Positions 1 to 8,671 of a stretch of 64,000 nt of DNA are shown one piece after another. Numbering within the stretch: the first letter of the stretch is position 1; every line of letters begins with the position of its first letter. The notes beneath the pieces are model-generated. The model did no database searches. It was not told the origin of the DNA and saw only the letters and a program-made list of their open reading frames with translations. The position numbers and the translations under genes were made by a program. Origin of the DNA: Patescibacteria group bacterium (GTDB lineage Bacteria; Patescibacteriota; Patescibacteriia; Patescibacteriales; UBA12465); NCBI GenBank assembly GCA_041665845.1, contig JBAYIC010000002.1, forward strand, positions 64,221-128,220, given 5' to 3'.

Positions 1-1361
1 TAACGCAGATCGGCTTCGTTTTCAACTACTAAAAATTTACCAGTATACATTCCCATCGAACAAGAAAAGCTTATCGTTCCTTTCTCAGATGGAGTAAATT
101 CGATAATATTTTCTCCCGCTTTTAGATTTGTTTGGATATCCAAAGAAGGGACAACTATCGCGCTCGCACAAGAATAAGGCGCCTTGGCATCTATTACCCA
201 TTTGACCGGCTGTCCTTTTAGAATAACAAAAGAATTAGGAATATAACCGCGATTAGTTTCTTGCATCCGAATTACTCTTACGCCGTTTTCCATCTCTAGA
301 TTAAGATTATTATTTTTTGCTGGATTAGATTTATTTTCGCGGTTATTTGAAATAGTATTAAACATTGAGGGAGCAGAAATTCTAAATAAACGATAACCGT
401 TTACTAAATTAAATAAACCAAAAGCAACAATAAATACGCCGGCGATAATAAAAAAATTTTTTGACTTTTTTTTGGAAGCTAAGGCGCTAATCCCACCGAT
501 GCCTAGTAACCCAGGGACTGTTCCTAAGGCAAAGAGAGCCATTATTAATCCGCCCTCAACAAAGCTTCCCGTTCCTAGAGCGTAAACCTGCATCGCTTGT
601 GTAAAGCCACAAGGAAGAAAAAAAGTTAGAGCCCCCAGTAGCAAGGGGCTTTCAATTTTAACTATTTTACCGAATCTTTTTGGTAGAGAAAAATCAAATC
701 TATTTAAGCTTGGAGAAATATCTAAAAGTTTTAAGCCGAGAACAAGAATAACGAGACCGATGATTAAAGCAATTATAGAATTTAAGATCGGTGACATTTT
801 AAAAGTAGATCCGAGTAAGCCCAAAATCCCACCGAGCAAGAAGAAGCCGACTATTCTTCCGAGATTGAAAATAACATGAGGAATAAATTTTTGCTTACTG
901 CTAGCCTCGGGATGATTTTTAGCATAATTAGTAGCAAGACTAAAAACTAAACCACCAACTAACGCTAAACAAGTCGAAACTCCGGCGACCAGCCCGACTA
1001 AAATAGCTAGCGGCCAAGAAAAATCACCTTTGAGTAGTCCGCCAAAATCTAAAACATTAGATTTATTTAATAACCAATAGATAATTATTACTCCCGCAAA
1101 AATTGAGATGAAATAACTAAAATCTTTTTTTTGCGCTGATTTTGAAAGTGTATCTCCTAGATCGTATCCGGCTGCTTTTAAATTAGCGGCAAGATCTTCT
1201 AATTTTGGCGCCTCACCTTCATATGTTATTTCTGCCAAGCCGGTTCGATGATTTACTTTAGCTTTTTCAACATTTTTTATTTCTTTTAGACTATCTTCAG
1301 TTAGTATTTCGCAGGCTTTACAATGCAAACCCGCAATCGGAATAATAAGTTTATTCTTCAT
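1..1361 (-). CDS. HMA domain / DsbD_2 (TauE-like) permease / C-terminal cupredoxin-like fusion protein, putative metal (Cu) transporter; C-terminal end at or just beyond the window edge
   Basis: Absent from the supplied ORF track because it is open at the edge. Manual reverse-strand translation from ATG 1361-1359 gives MKNKLIIPIAGLHCKACEILTEDSLKEIKNVEKAKV... (HMA fold, CxxC). Several hydrophobic helices follow, with Cys motifs VSTCLALVGG and FFLPCGFTQAMQ. The C-terminus reads ...GENIIEFTPSEKGTISFSCSMGMYTGKFLVVE (cupredoxin-like). The frame stays open to nt 3. It starts 25 nt downstream of the csoR stop on the same strand. Confidence 0.75.
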   Translation of the reverse strand, partial: MKNKLIIPIAGLHCKACEILTEDSLKEIKNVEKAKVNHRTGLAEITYEGEAPKLEDLAANLKAAGYDLGDTLSKSAQKKDFSYFISIFAGVIIIYWLLNKSNVLDFGGLLKGDFSWPLAILVGLVAGVSTCLALVGGLVFSLATNYAKNHPEASSKQKFIPHVIFNLGRIVGFFLLGGILGLLGSTFKMSPILNSIIALIIGLVILVLGLKLLDISPSLNRFDFSLPKRFGKIVKIESPLLLGALTFFLPCGFTQAMQVYALGTGSFVEGGLIMALFALGTVPGLLGIGGISALASKKKSKNFFIIAGVFIVAFGLFNLVNGYRLFRISAPSMFNTISNNRENKSNPAKNNNLNLEMENGVRVIRMQETNRGYIPNSFVILKGQPVKWVIDAKAPYSCASAIVVPSLDIQTNLKAGENIIEFTPSEKGTISFSCSMGMYTGKFLVVENEADLR

Positions 1362-1386
1362 ATATTTTATCGCTATTTTTTTTATT

Positions 1387-1659
1387 TTATTTAGAAGATA
1401 ATTTATTTACTTTGAGTATTTCGTCCAGCATCTTGGTTTTTAATTTTTCATTTTTTGAAGCCATCGCATTTTTAAAACAGGTGTTGAGATGCCTTCCTAA
1501 AAGCATTTGATGAGCTGATCTTAAAAGTCCGATAGCCGCTAAGTTTTGTTGCATGATATCAACACAGTATTCTCCTTCTTCGGTCATCGTTAAAAGCTTG
1601 TCCATTAAGCTTTTAGCTTTTTTAAAATTAATTAAAATTTCTTTTTTGTCTGGATTCAT
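1387..1659 (-). CDS. csoR: CsoR/RcnR-family metal-sensing transcriptional repressor
   Basis: 90 aa of all-helical sequence with the family C...H...C ligand pattern (EGEYCVDIMQQ ... RSAHQMLLGRHLNTCF). Lies directly upstream of the HMA/permease gene. Confidence 0.85.
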   Translation of the reverse strand: MNPDKKEILINFKKAKSLMDKLLTMTEEGEYCVDIMQQNLAAIGLLRSAHQMLLGRHLNTCFKNAMASKNEKLKTKMLDEILKVNKLSSK

Positions 1660-1688
1660 ATTAATATTTTTATATTTAAATTCATTTT

Positions 1689-1713
1689 ATACCAACACCT
1701 GGGGTGTAGGTAC
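1689..1713. promoter_or_regulatory. Candidate CsoR operator (TACC-N7-GGGG-N4-GGTA imperfect inverted repeat)
   Basis: ATACCAACACCTGGGGTGTAGGTAC lies in the 103-nt divergent spacer between csoR and rarA. Arms TACCAACACC / GGTGTAGGTA match with 1 mismatch. It resembles the GC-cored TACC..GGGG..GGTA operators described for CsoR proteins. It sits about 30-55 nt upstream of the csoR start. Confidence 0.5.
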
Positions 1714-1762
1714 TTAAATTATACGCCTTTGCTTTTATATCGTCAAATGTTATATTTAAATT

Positions 1763-2947
1763 ATGACTTATCATATCCCTTTGGCCGCCCATCTCCGTCC
1801 TAAAAATCTAGCGGAATTTATCGGTCAAGAAAAATCTATCGGACCAGAAACCTGGCTTTATCAAGCAATTAAAGAAGATAGAGTCCCATCTTTAATTTTT
1901 TGGGGTCCGCCCGGAAGCGGGAAGACGACCTTGGCTTTTATAATCGCCTCGGAAACTAAAGCGGAATTTGTTGAATTTAGTGCAACTACTAGCGGCGTTA
2001 AAGATCTGAAAATAGTGGTTGATCGGGCCAAGGAAGGGAAAAGATTAGGTCAAAAAACTATTTTATTTATTGATGAAATTCATCGTTGGAACAAGGCTCA
2101 ACAAGACGCCCTTTTACCTCAAGTTGAAAATGGAACGATAACGCTTATCGGCGCAACGACTGAAAATCCGAGTTTCGCAGTTAATGGCGCTCTTTTGTCG
2201 CGCGTGAAGTTAGTAGTCTTAGAAGCTTTACCGCCTGAAGATTTGGAAAAAATTATTAAGTCAGCCGCTAAACAATTGGGTATAAAATTGACTAAAGAAA
2301 TAATGGGTTTAATTGCTCGAGTTGCTAATGGTGATGCGCGCAAAGCGCTAAGTATTTTAGAAAGCGCTACTGAGCATAAAGGAGAAATTTCTGCTCAGCT
2401 TATAAAAGATATTATTAATAAGCCGGGACTATTATATGATAAAAAGGGAGACGAACATTATAATTTAATTTCCGCTCTTCATAAATCAATGCGTGGTAAT
2501 AACCCCGATGCGACGATTTATTATTTAGCTCGGATGATAAGCGCTGGAGAGGATCCTCTTTACGTCGCTCGTCGTTTAATTAGATTCGCTTCAGAGGATA
2601 TCGGTTTAGCCAATAATAGCGCCCTCATGCTCGCTACAGTCGCTTATGACGCTTGTTTGCGCACTGGCTTGCCGGAATGCGTCGTTAATTTAGCTCATTG
2701 CGCTGTTTATTTAGCAAAGTCGCCTAAAAGTATCGCGGTTTATGAAGCTTTAACCAGCGTGCAAATGGAAATAGAAAAAAGTGGTAATTTACCGGTTCCA
2801 CTATATTTAAGAAATGCTCCGACTAAAATGATGAAAGATTTAGGGTATGGTAAAGATTACAAGTATACCCCGCTTCAAGACGACACCAATCAGGAATATT
2901 TACCGGAAAAAATAAAAGGTAAAAAATTTTTTAAGTCCGTCTCTTAA
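1763..2947 (+). CDS. rarA: Replication-associated recombination protein A (AAA+ ATPase RarA/MgsA)
   Basis: Walker A GPPGSGKTTLA, Walker B ILFIDEIHRWNKAQQDALLP, and a C-terminal MgsA helical domain (LISALHKSMRGNNPDATIYYLARM). Confidence 0.9.
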   Translation: MTYHIPLAAHLRPKNLAEFIGQEKSIGPETWLYQAIKEDRVPSLIFWGPPGSGKTTLAFIIASETKAEFVEFSATTSGVKDLKIVVDRAKEGKRLGQKTILFIDEIHRWNKAQQDALLPQVENGTITLIGATTENPSFAVNGALLSRVKLVVLEALPPEDLEKIIKSAAKQLGIKLTKEIMGLIARVANGDARKALSILESATEHKGEISAQLIKDIINKPGLLYDKKGDEHYNLISALHKSMRGNNPDATIYYLARMISAGEDPLYVARRLIRFASEDIGLANNSALMLATVAYDACLRTGLPECVVNLAHCAVYLAKSPKSIAVYEALTSVQMEIEKSGNLPVPLYLRNAPTKMMKDLGYGKDYKYTPLQDDTNQEYLPEKIKGKKFFKSVS

Positions 2948-3624
2948 CTCATTTTCTTGAGGGCTAATTTGTAACCGCGCCCGGAAAAAGTATGGATAAG
3001 ATTGAGATGCTTTCCGGCGTTAAGCTTGCGCCGCAAACTATTAATATGAGTTTCAATGGAATTAGAAAAAGGATCGGCATTATAATCCCAAACATTTTCT
3101 AGAATTTCACCGCGAGAAACAATTTCATTTTTACGTTTTAAAAGATATTCTAGTAAACAATATTCACGCCTAGTTAAATATAGTTCTCGGCCGCCTCGTT
3201 TAAAACAGCCGGAGCCTGAGTTAAAAGTTAAATCTCCTATTTTAGTTACTAAACTTTCAATTTTTGGCGGGCGCCTTAAAAGGGCTTTCATTCTTATTAA
3301 AAGTTCTTCTAATAAAAATGGCTTGGTTAAATAATCGTCGGCTCCAAGACTAAAGGCCTCTTCTTTATCTTGAATTTCCGATTTAATTGTTAACATGATA
3401 ACCGGAATATGATTTTTTTCTTTTCTAATTTCTTTTAAAACTTCAGAACCAGAAAGTTTAGGTAATGAATTATCGAGAATCACTAAATCGTAGCTACCAG
3501 TTCTAGCCATAAAAGCGCCTCTTTCGCCATCCTCGGCGGTTTCGACTAAAAACGAGGCGGCGCTTAAGCCTTTTTTGAGAAATTCGAGGATGTTTATTTC
3601 GTCGTCGATGATAAGAATTTTCAT
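2944..3624 (-). CDS. OmpR/PhoB-family response regulator (receiver plus winged-helix)
   Basis: Receiver residues are present (DD at 8-9, D in LVILDNSLP, T in MLTIKS, K in LTKPF). The C-terminal winged helix reads LTRREYCLLEYLLKRKNEIVSRGEILENVWD...RGYKL. No histidine kinase is adjacent. Its stop overlaps the rarA stop in convergent orientation. Confidence 0.9.
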   Translation of the reverse strand: MKILIIDDEINILEFLKKGLSAASFLVETAEDGERGAFMARTGSYDLVILDNSLPKLSGSEVLKEIRKEKNHIPVIMLTIKSEIQDKEEAFSLGADDYLTKPFLLEELLIRMKALLRRPPKIESLVTKIGDLTFNSGSGCFKRGGRELYLTRREYCLLEYLLKRKNEIVSRGEILENVWDYNADPFSNSIETHINSLRRKLNAGKHLNLIHTFSGRGYKLALKKMS

Positions 3625-3726
3625 ATTATTTTTTTGTTTTATTATCTTTAAATTATAACGGAGACAGCTTAAATTCGATTTAAGTTTTTTTTAAATAAAA
3701 AATAAAACGAGCTTTTAATTCTTGAC

Positions 3727-3765
3727 TTGCGAAAATTTGCGAAAAAGAGAATAAAATAGTAATAT
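3727..3765 (+). promoter_or_regulatory. Direct repeat TTGCGAAAA x2 (10-nt period) overlapping a putative -35, then 17 nt, then -10 TAATAT; candidate response-regulator-dependent hisS promoter
   Basis: Repeat copies at 3727-3735 and 3737-3745 are identical 9-mers. TTGCGA (3737-3742), a 17-nt spacer and TAATAT (3760-3765) follow. OmpR/PhoB regulators bind direct repeats with a 10-11 bp period that often replace the -35. Confidence 0.35.
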
Positions 3766-3808
3766 AAAGCTAGAAATAATAGCTAAGAGCCTTTAAAGGC
3801 TAAAAAAT

Positions 3809-5104
3809 ATGCCTAAAGTTTTATCAAAACAGGAACCGAAGGGAACTAGTGATTGGCCGCCAGAAGAGTTCGCAATTCGAAAATACATTTTCGATACTTG
3901 GCGCCTTGTTTGTTCTCGCTATGGTTTTGAAGAATATCTAACCCCAATCGTTGAGAGTGCGGAAATTTATCGTGCGAAATCAGGCGAAGATGTTGGCGGA
4001 AAAGAGTTAGTTACTTTTAGTGATTTGGGTGGGCGTGAACTTTCTATTCGCCCTGAGATGACGCCATCGGTTGTGAGAATGGTTTCTAAAGTCTATGCTT
4101 CTAGTCCTAAACCTCTGAAGTATTTTTCGATTGCGAATTTTATGCGCAATGAAAAACCACAACGTGGACGCAATCGTGAATTTTGGCAACTTAATTGCGA
4201 TATTTTTGGAAGCGCCGATGAAGCGTCCGATATTGAAATCCTATGTTTAGCCCTAGATTTAGTTCTAGAATTTGATCCACCTGCTGACGCTTTTTCGTTG
4301 CACTTAAGCAGCCGCCGTTTAATCGATGGCGTCTTAGAGTTATCTGGAGCGGGAAAATTAAAAGCAGAGAGTAAAGCAGAAGTTGTTAGAACTTTGGATA
4401 AATGGAAGAAATTACCGTTAACAGCGCTTAGAGAACGTTTATTAGCGGTTGGACTAAAATCAGAAGCAGTTGTTATTTTAGAGTCATTTATGTCTTGTCG
4501 TAGCTTAGAAGAGTTAGCCGATAAATTACCAGATTTAAAGGATAACGCTGGATTTTTAGAAGTGAGCCGAGTTATGCAATCATTAGATGATCTTGGTTAT
4601 GGAGACTTTATAGAATTTGATCCATCAGTTATTCGCGGTTTTGATTATTATGATGGCCTAGTCTTTGAAGCAGTTGATAAATATCCGGAGAGCAATAATC
4701 GTTCCATGTTCGGCGGCGGTCGCTATAATGGTTTAGCGGAAATTTTCGGGGAAAAGAATTTTCCGGCCGTTGGTTTTGCTCCTGGAGATGAAATCACTAA
4801 AATATTTTTAGAAAATTGGAAACTCTTAGGCAAGAGCCGATATGGTATTAAGGAGAAGTATTATTTACCGCTTTTGTCTTCGGAATTAGCCCTAGCTTCT
4901 AGAAAACTAGCTAAACAATTACGAGCGACTGGGTTAAATGTATTTTCCGGTTTAGAGGAGCAAAAAATGACTAAAGCGCTAGAATTCGCGAATAAAAAAG
5001 AGTTTGATAAAGTAATAATTTTAGGGACAGAAGAAAATAAAGTAGGAAACTATAAGATTAAAGACATGAAAACGGGGAAGGAAGAGATTTTTCCCTTGAC
5101 ATAA
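3809..5104 (+). CDS. hisS: Histidine--tRNA ligase
   Basis: Class II aaRS motifs and HisRS-typical blocks are present (ELSIRPEMTPSVVRM, FRNEKPQRGRNREFWQLNCDIFG, GGGRYNGL), with a C-terminal anticodon-binding domain. Confidence 0.9.
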   Translation: MPKVLSKQEPKGTSDWPPEEFAIRKYIFDTWRLVCSRYGFEEYLTPIVESAEIYRAKSGEDVGGKELVTFSDLGGRELSIRPEMTPSVVRMVSKVYASSPKPLKYFSIANFMRNEKPQRGRNREFWQLNCDIFGSADEASDIEILCLALDLVLEFDPPADAFSLHLSSRRLIDGVLELSGAGKLKAESKAEVVRTLDKWKKLPLTALRERLLAVGLKSEAVVILESFMSCRSLEELADKLPDLKDNAGFLEVSRVMQSLDDLGYGDFIEFDPSVIRGFDYYDGLVFEAVDKYPESNNRSMFGGGRYNGLAEIFGEKNFPAVGFAPGDEITKIFLENWKLLGKSRYGIKEKYYLPLLSSELALASRKLAKQLRATGLNVFSGLEEQKMTKALEFANKKEFDKVIILGTEENKVGNYKIKDMKTGKEEIFPLT

Positions 5105-5144
5105 AACAATAAACCACGTATTATATAGGTGAGTTCGTCATAAA

Positions 5145-5190
5145 GCGCGGCTAACGGTCGCGTTTTGTGTTTGCCGTTTACGGCTTTTTT
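5145..5190 (+). terminator. Two short GC hairpins, each followed by a T-run (weak tandem intrinsic terminators after hisS)
   Basis: GCGCG-N9-CGCGT followed by TTTTGTGTTT (5145-5170). GCCG-TTTA-CGGC followed by TTTTTT (5173-5190). Confidence 0.35.
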
Positions 5191-5211
5191 AGCTTTTTAT
5201 CTAAGAAATTT

Positions 5212-6996
5212 ATGGAAATAAGAAATATCGCCATCATCGCTCACGTTGATCATGGTAAAACAACTTTAACTGATTCACTTCTGCGCCAAACCGGGATGGT
5301 TACTGATAATACGACGATGGATAGCAACTCCATCGAACAAGAAAGAGGAATCACTATTTATGCGAAAAACGCTAGTCTTTTTTATAAGGATTCCAAGATT
5401 AATATTGTTGATACTCCAGGCCACGCTGATTTCAGTTCTGAAGTCGAACGTGTTTTGCGTTCGATTGATTCCGTTCTTTTAGTTGTTGATGCCCAAGAGG
5501 GTCCGATGCCGCAAACTAAGTTTGTTTTGAAAAAATCTTTAGAGTTGGGTCTTAAGCCGATTGTTGTGATTAATAAAGTAGATAAACCAGCTGCTAGACC
5601 AGCTGAAGTCTCTGAAATGGTTTATGAATTATTTCTAGATTTAGGGGCTAATGATGAACAGCTAGATTTTCCAGTCGTCTATACGATTAGTAAGGGCGGA
5701 TTTGCTGGGCTGAAAGCCGATGAATTAGCTGATAATCTCGATCCTCTTTTAGATACAATTTTAACTCATGTTTTACCGGCTTCTAACCCGAGCGCTTCTG
5801 AAGAAGCATTGCTTGCTCAGCCTTTTAATTTAGCTTATGATAATTTTTTAGGTCGTTGTGCGATTGCTAGAATTTATCAAGGAAAAATTCAAAGTGGCCA
5901 ACAAGTAATGGTAAAAAATTTAGCCAATAAAGATAGAACCGGAAAGGTTACTAAACTATATACTTTCAAAGGCCTAGCGAGACTTGAAGTTCAAGAAGCC
6001 TCAGTTGGTGATATCGTTTTAATCGCCGGTTTACCTGATATTTATATCGGTGAAACTATTTGTGTTTTAGCTAATCAGATTCCTTTGCCGGCAATTAATA
6101 TTGATGAGCCGACTATTTGTTTGAGTTTTTTAGTTAATAATTCACCTTTGGCCGGAAGAGAAGGGAAATATGTTACTAATCGTCAAATTAAAGAACGTTT
6201 AGAAAAAGAATTAGAAGTTAACGTTGGTTTGAAGATTGATTTTTCTGATATGAATTCTTATAAGGTTTATGGCCGCGGAGAACTTCATATTGCTGTTTTA
6301 CTTGAGAACATGCGCCGTGAAGGCTTTGAGCTTCAAGTTTCACAGCCACAAGTTATTGTTAAAGAGGAAAATGGCGTGAAGATGGAACCTTTTGAAGAAG
6401 CGAGTATTGATATTCCGGAAGCATCATCGGGCGTTATTATCGAGAAGATGTCTAAACGTCGTGGTCAAATGACGGATTTAAAAACTCATAATGGCCAAAC
6501 TAGAATTATTTTTGCTATTCCTACCAGAGGTTTACTCGGTTATCGTGAAGAGTTTGTAGTTGATACCAGGGGTGAAGGTATTTTATGTTCGCATTTTTTA
6601 GGGTTTAGAGAAATGGCTGGAGACATTGAAAGATCAGCTCTTGGTTCCATGGTTTCTATGGTAACCGGAAAAGCGTTAGCTTTTTCTTTATGGAATTTAC
6701 AAGATAGAGGTGTTTTATATATTCATCCTAACACTGAAGTTTATGAAGGCATGGTAATCGGTAACGTTGCTAAAGGCAATGATTTAGCGGTTAATCCGAT
6801 TAAGGGAAAGAAGTTAACTAATGTTCGAGCTTCCGGATCTGATGAAGCGATTACTCTTACTCCGCCCTGGGAACTTAGTCTTGAAAGAGGATTAAGTATT
6901 ATAAACGATGATGAATATCTTGAAGTTACTCCAAAAAGTATCAGAATGCGTAAAAAATTCTTAACGGAAAATGATAGAGCTAAAGCTAAGAGATAA
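5212..6996 (+). CDS. typA: Translational GTPase TypA/BipA
   Basis: Begins [21 protein letters not shown], with DTPGHADF and NKVD G-motifs. About 590 aa with EF-G-like domains. The start was moved from the track GTG at 5167 to ATG 5212, because the extension covers the terminator-like hairpins. Confidence 0.9.
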   Translation: MEIRNIAIIAHVDHGKTTLTDSLLRQTGMVTDNTTMDSNSIEQERGITIYAKNASLFYKDSKINIVDTPGHADFSSEVERVLRSIDSVLLVVDAQEGPMPQTKFVLKKSLELGLKPIVVINKVDKPAARPAEVSEMVYELFLDLGANDEQLDFPVVYTISKGGFAGLKADELADNLDPLLDTILTHVLPASNPSASEEALLAQPFNLAYDNFLGRCAIARIYQGKIQSGQQVMVKNLANKDRTGKVTKLYTFKGLARLEVQEASVGDIVLIAGLPDIYIGETICVLANQIPLPAINIDEPTICLSFLVNNSPLAGREGKYVTNRQIKERLEKELEVNVGLKIDFSDMNSYKVYGRGELHIAVLLENMRREGFELQVSQPQVIVKEENGVKMEPFEEASIDIPEASSGVIIEKMSKRRGQMTDLKTHNGQTRIIFAIPTRGLLGYREEFVVDTRGEGILCSHFLGFREMAGDIERSALGSMVSMVTGKALAFSLWNLQDRGVLYIHPNTEVYEGMVIGNVAKGNDLAVNPIKGKKLTNVRASGSDEAITLTPPWELSLERGLSIINDDEYLEVTPKSIRMRKKFLTENDRAKAKR

Positions 6997-7031
6997 ATTA
7001 TGGTCACCTTCGAATATATAGATATGTATAG

Positions 7032-7063
7032 AGAGTCGCAATTTTTACGGCTCTTTATTTTTT
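7032..7063 (+). terminator. Intrinsic terminator after typA
   Basis: AGAGTCG-N9-CGGCTCT (7 bp, one G-U pair) followed by TTTATTTTTT. Confidence 0.55.
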
Positions 7064-7082
7064 AGCTTTTCTGTGCTATAAT
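7054..7082 (+). promoter_or_regulatory. Extended -10 promoter for lemA-TPM
   Basis: TGcTATAAT at 7074-7082. There is a weak T-rich -35 region 17 nt upstream. Confidence 0.4.
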
Positions 7083-7127
7083 AGTAAAAACAAAATTTAA
7101 ATTTATTTTATTTAAAATTAAAAAATT

Positions 7128-7694
7128 ATGAAAAAAGGGCTTATTGCCGTTTTGGCCGTCGTGGTCATCATCGGCGCTTGGTTTTGGATGTCTTATAATA
7201 AATTAGTAACTGTTAATGAGGCCGTTGATAATCAATGGGCGCAAGTTGAAGTTCAATATCAACGTCGTTTAGATTTGATTCCAAATCTAGTTGAATCAGT
7301 TAAGGGCGCGATGGGGCAAGAACAAGAAGTTTTTACGGCTTTGGCCGATGCGAGAACGCGTTATGCTGGTGCAGCTAGTGGAAATGACAAGGTTGCTGCC
7401 GCTGGACAAGTTGAAAGTGCTCTAGGAAGATTATTGGTTATTATGGAAAATTATCCGCAATTAAAATCAATTGAAACTGTTCAAACTTTGATGGCGCAAC
7501 TTGAAGGAACGGAAAATCGCGTAAGTGTTGAACGTACTCGTTTTAATGATCAAGTTAGATTGTTTAATGTAATGATTAAACGTTTACCAACTAGTTTAAT
7601 TGCTGGATCATTAGGATTTGCTGAAAAAATTTATTTTCAATCAGCTGATGGTTCTGAGAATGCTCCTAAGGTAAATCTAGAACTAAACAAATAA
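7128..7694 (+). CDS. lemA: LemA family membrane protein
   Basis: N-terminal TM helix followed by YNKLVTVNEAVDNQWAQVEVQYQRRLDLIPNLVESVKG, which is typical of LemA. Confidence 0.85.
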   Translation: MKKGLIAVLAVVVIIGAWFWMSYNKLVTVNEAVDNQWAQVEVQYQRRLDLIPNLVESVKGAMGQEQEVFTALADARTRYAGAASGNDKVAAAGQVESALGRLLVIMENYPQLKSIETVQTLMAQLEGTENRVSVERTRFNDQVRLFNVMIKRLPTSLIAGSLGFAEKIYFQSADGSENAPKVNLELNK

Positions 7695-7721
7695 CCGTTT
7701 TGCTTGAGTAATAATCCTTTC

Positions 7722-8615
7722 ATGTTAAAACGCTTTTTTCTCATTTTAAGCTTAGTATTTATTATTGGCGCTAGCCTTCCGGCTCAGGCTTATTTTAGTC
7801 TAGGCAAACCGACGGGCTTTGTAAATGATTATGCTAATGTTTTTAGCGTGGAGCAGAAGACTTCTTTAGAAAATAAATTAAGCCAATTTGATAAAGCAAG
7901 TAGCAATGAAATTTCAGTAGTAATAATTAAAAGTTTAGATGGTGATACGGTTGATAATTTCGCGAATAAATTATTTGAAGAATGGGGAATCGGTAAGGCA
8001 AAAAAAGATAATGGCCTTTTGCTACTCATTGCTCTTGATGATAAAAAAATGCGCCTGGAAGTTGGATATGGCCTTGAAGGTGCGGTTCCAGATGCGACTG
8101 CTTATCAAATTATTAATAAAACCTTAAAACCGGCTTTTCAAAATAATGATTATTATGGCGGGATAGATAAAGCAGTTGATCAAATTATCTTGGCGACGAG
8201 AGGGGAATATCAAGCAGAAATTAGTAATTCAATCGGCGGTTTTAAAAATATAAATTTCGATACGGTTTTTACTGTGATTATGATTGGCTTTTATTTGCTC
8301 GCCGCCCTAAGAAGATTTTTAGCTAAGAGCAAATCTTGGTGGGAAGGTGGATTAATCGGTTTAATCTTTGGCTTGATTATCGCGGTGATATTTTTTCGCG
8401 CTTTATTATATTTTCTCTTCTTACCGATTGGGCTAGCGCTTACTGGTTTGATATTTGATTATCTAGTTTCACGAGTTTTACCTCAACCTAAGGTAGGTAA
8501 AAAAGACGGTGGATTTTGGATTTTTCCAGGCAGCGGTGGCTCTGGTGGGGGTGGCGGATTTGGCGGATTTGGCGGTGGATCGTCTGGCGGCGGTGGATCG
8601 TCTGGTGGATGGTAG
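7722..8615 (+). CDS. TPM-domain (YgcG-like) membrane protein with a glycine-rich C-terminal tail
   Basis: Signal peptide MLKRFFLILSLVFIIGASLPAQA, a TPM fold block (VNDYANVFS...EISVVIIKSLDGD...LLLIALDDKKMRLEVGYGLEG), TM helices, and a GGSGGGGGFGGFGGGSSGGGGSSGGW tail. Start taken at ATG 7722 rather than the track TTG at 7704. Confidence 0.8.
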   Translation: MLKRFFLILSLVFIIGASLPAQAYFSLGKPTGFVNDYANVFSVEQKTSLENKLSQFDKASSNEISVVIIKSLDGDTVDNFANKLFEEWGIGKAKKDNGLLLLIALDDKKMRLEVGYGLEGAVPDATAYQIINKTLKPAFQNNDYYGGIDKAVDQIILATRGEYQAEISNSIGGFKNINFDTVFTVIMIGFYLLAALRRFLAKSKSWWEGGLIGLIFGLIIAVIFFRALLYFLFLPIGLALTGLIFDYLVSRVLPQPKVGKKDGGFWIFPGSGGSGGGGGFGGFGGGSSGGGGSSGGW

Positions 8616-8641
8616 ATAAATACTTCAAATTATAAAAATAC

Positions 8642-8671
8642 AAAAGGCTACTTTTTCAAGTAGCCTTTTTT
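8642..8671. terminator. Bidirectional intrinsic terminator between TPM (+) and rnhB (-)
   Basis: Perfect 12-bp stem AAAAGGCTACTT-TTTC-AAGTAGCCTTTT, with an A-run and a T-run on either side. It overlaps the last codons of rnhB. Confidence 0.75.

Noticed and set aside
3625-3808. T-box or other riboswitch leader upstream of hisS. The same was checked for cysS at 10798-10809.
   Set aside because: I found no specifier-loop/T-box consensus (AGAGA...GGUGGNACCGCG-like) and no terminator/antiterminator pair. The cysS spacer is only 12 nt.
5167-5211. N-terminal extensions proposed by the ORF track: typA from GTG 5167, rpsB from 45908, ygjP-like from TTG 37043, SDR from 49467, Gmad2-like from GTG 10219, TPM from TTG 7704, GT2 from TTG 20912.
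   Set aside because: The extensions cover terminator or leader hairpins or the promoter -10 elements, overlap the upstream gene, or add non-homologous residues ahead of a canonical family N-terminus that begins at an internal ATG.
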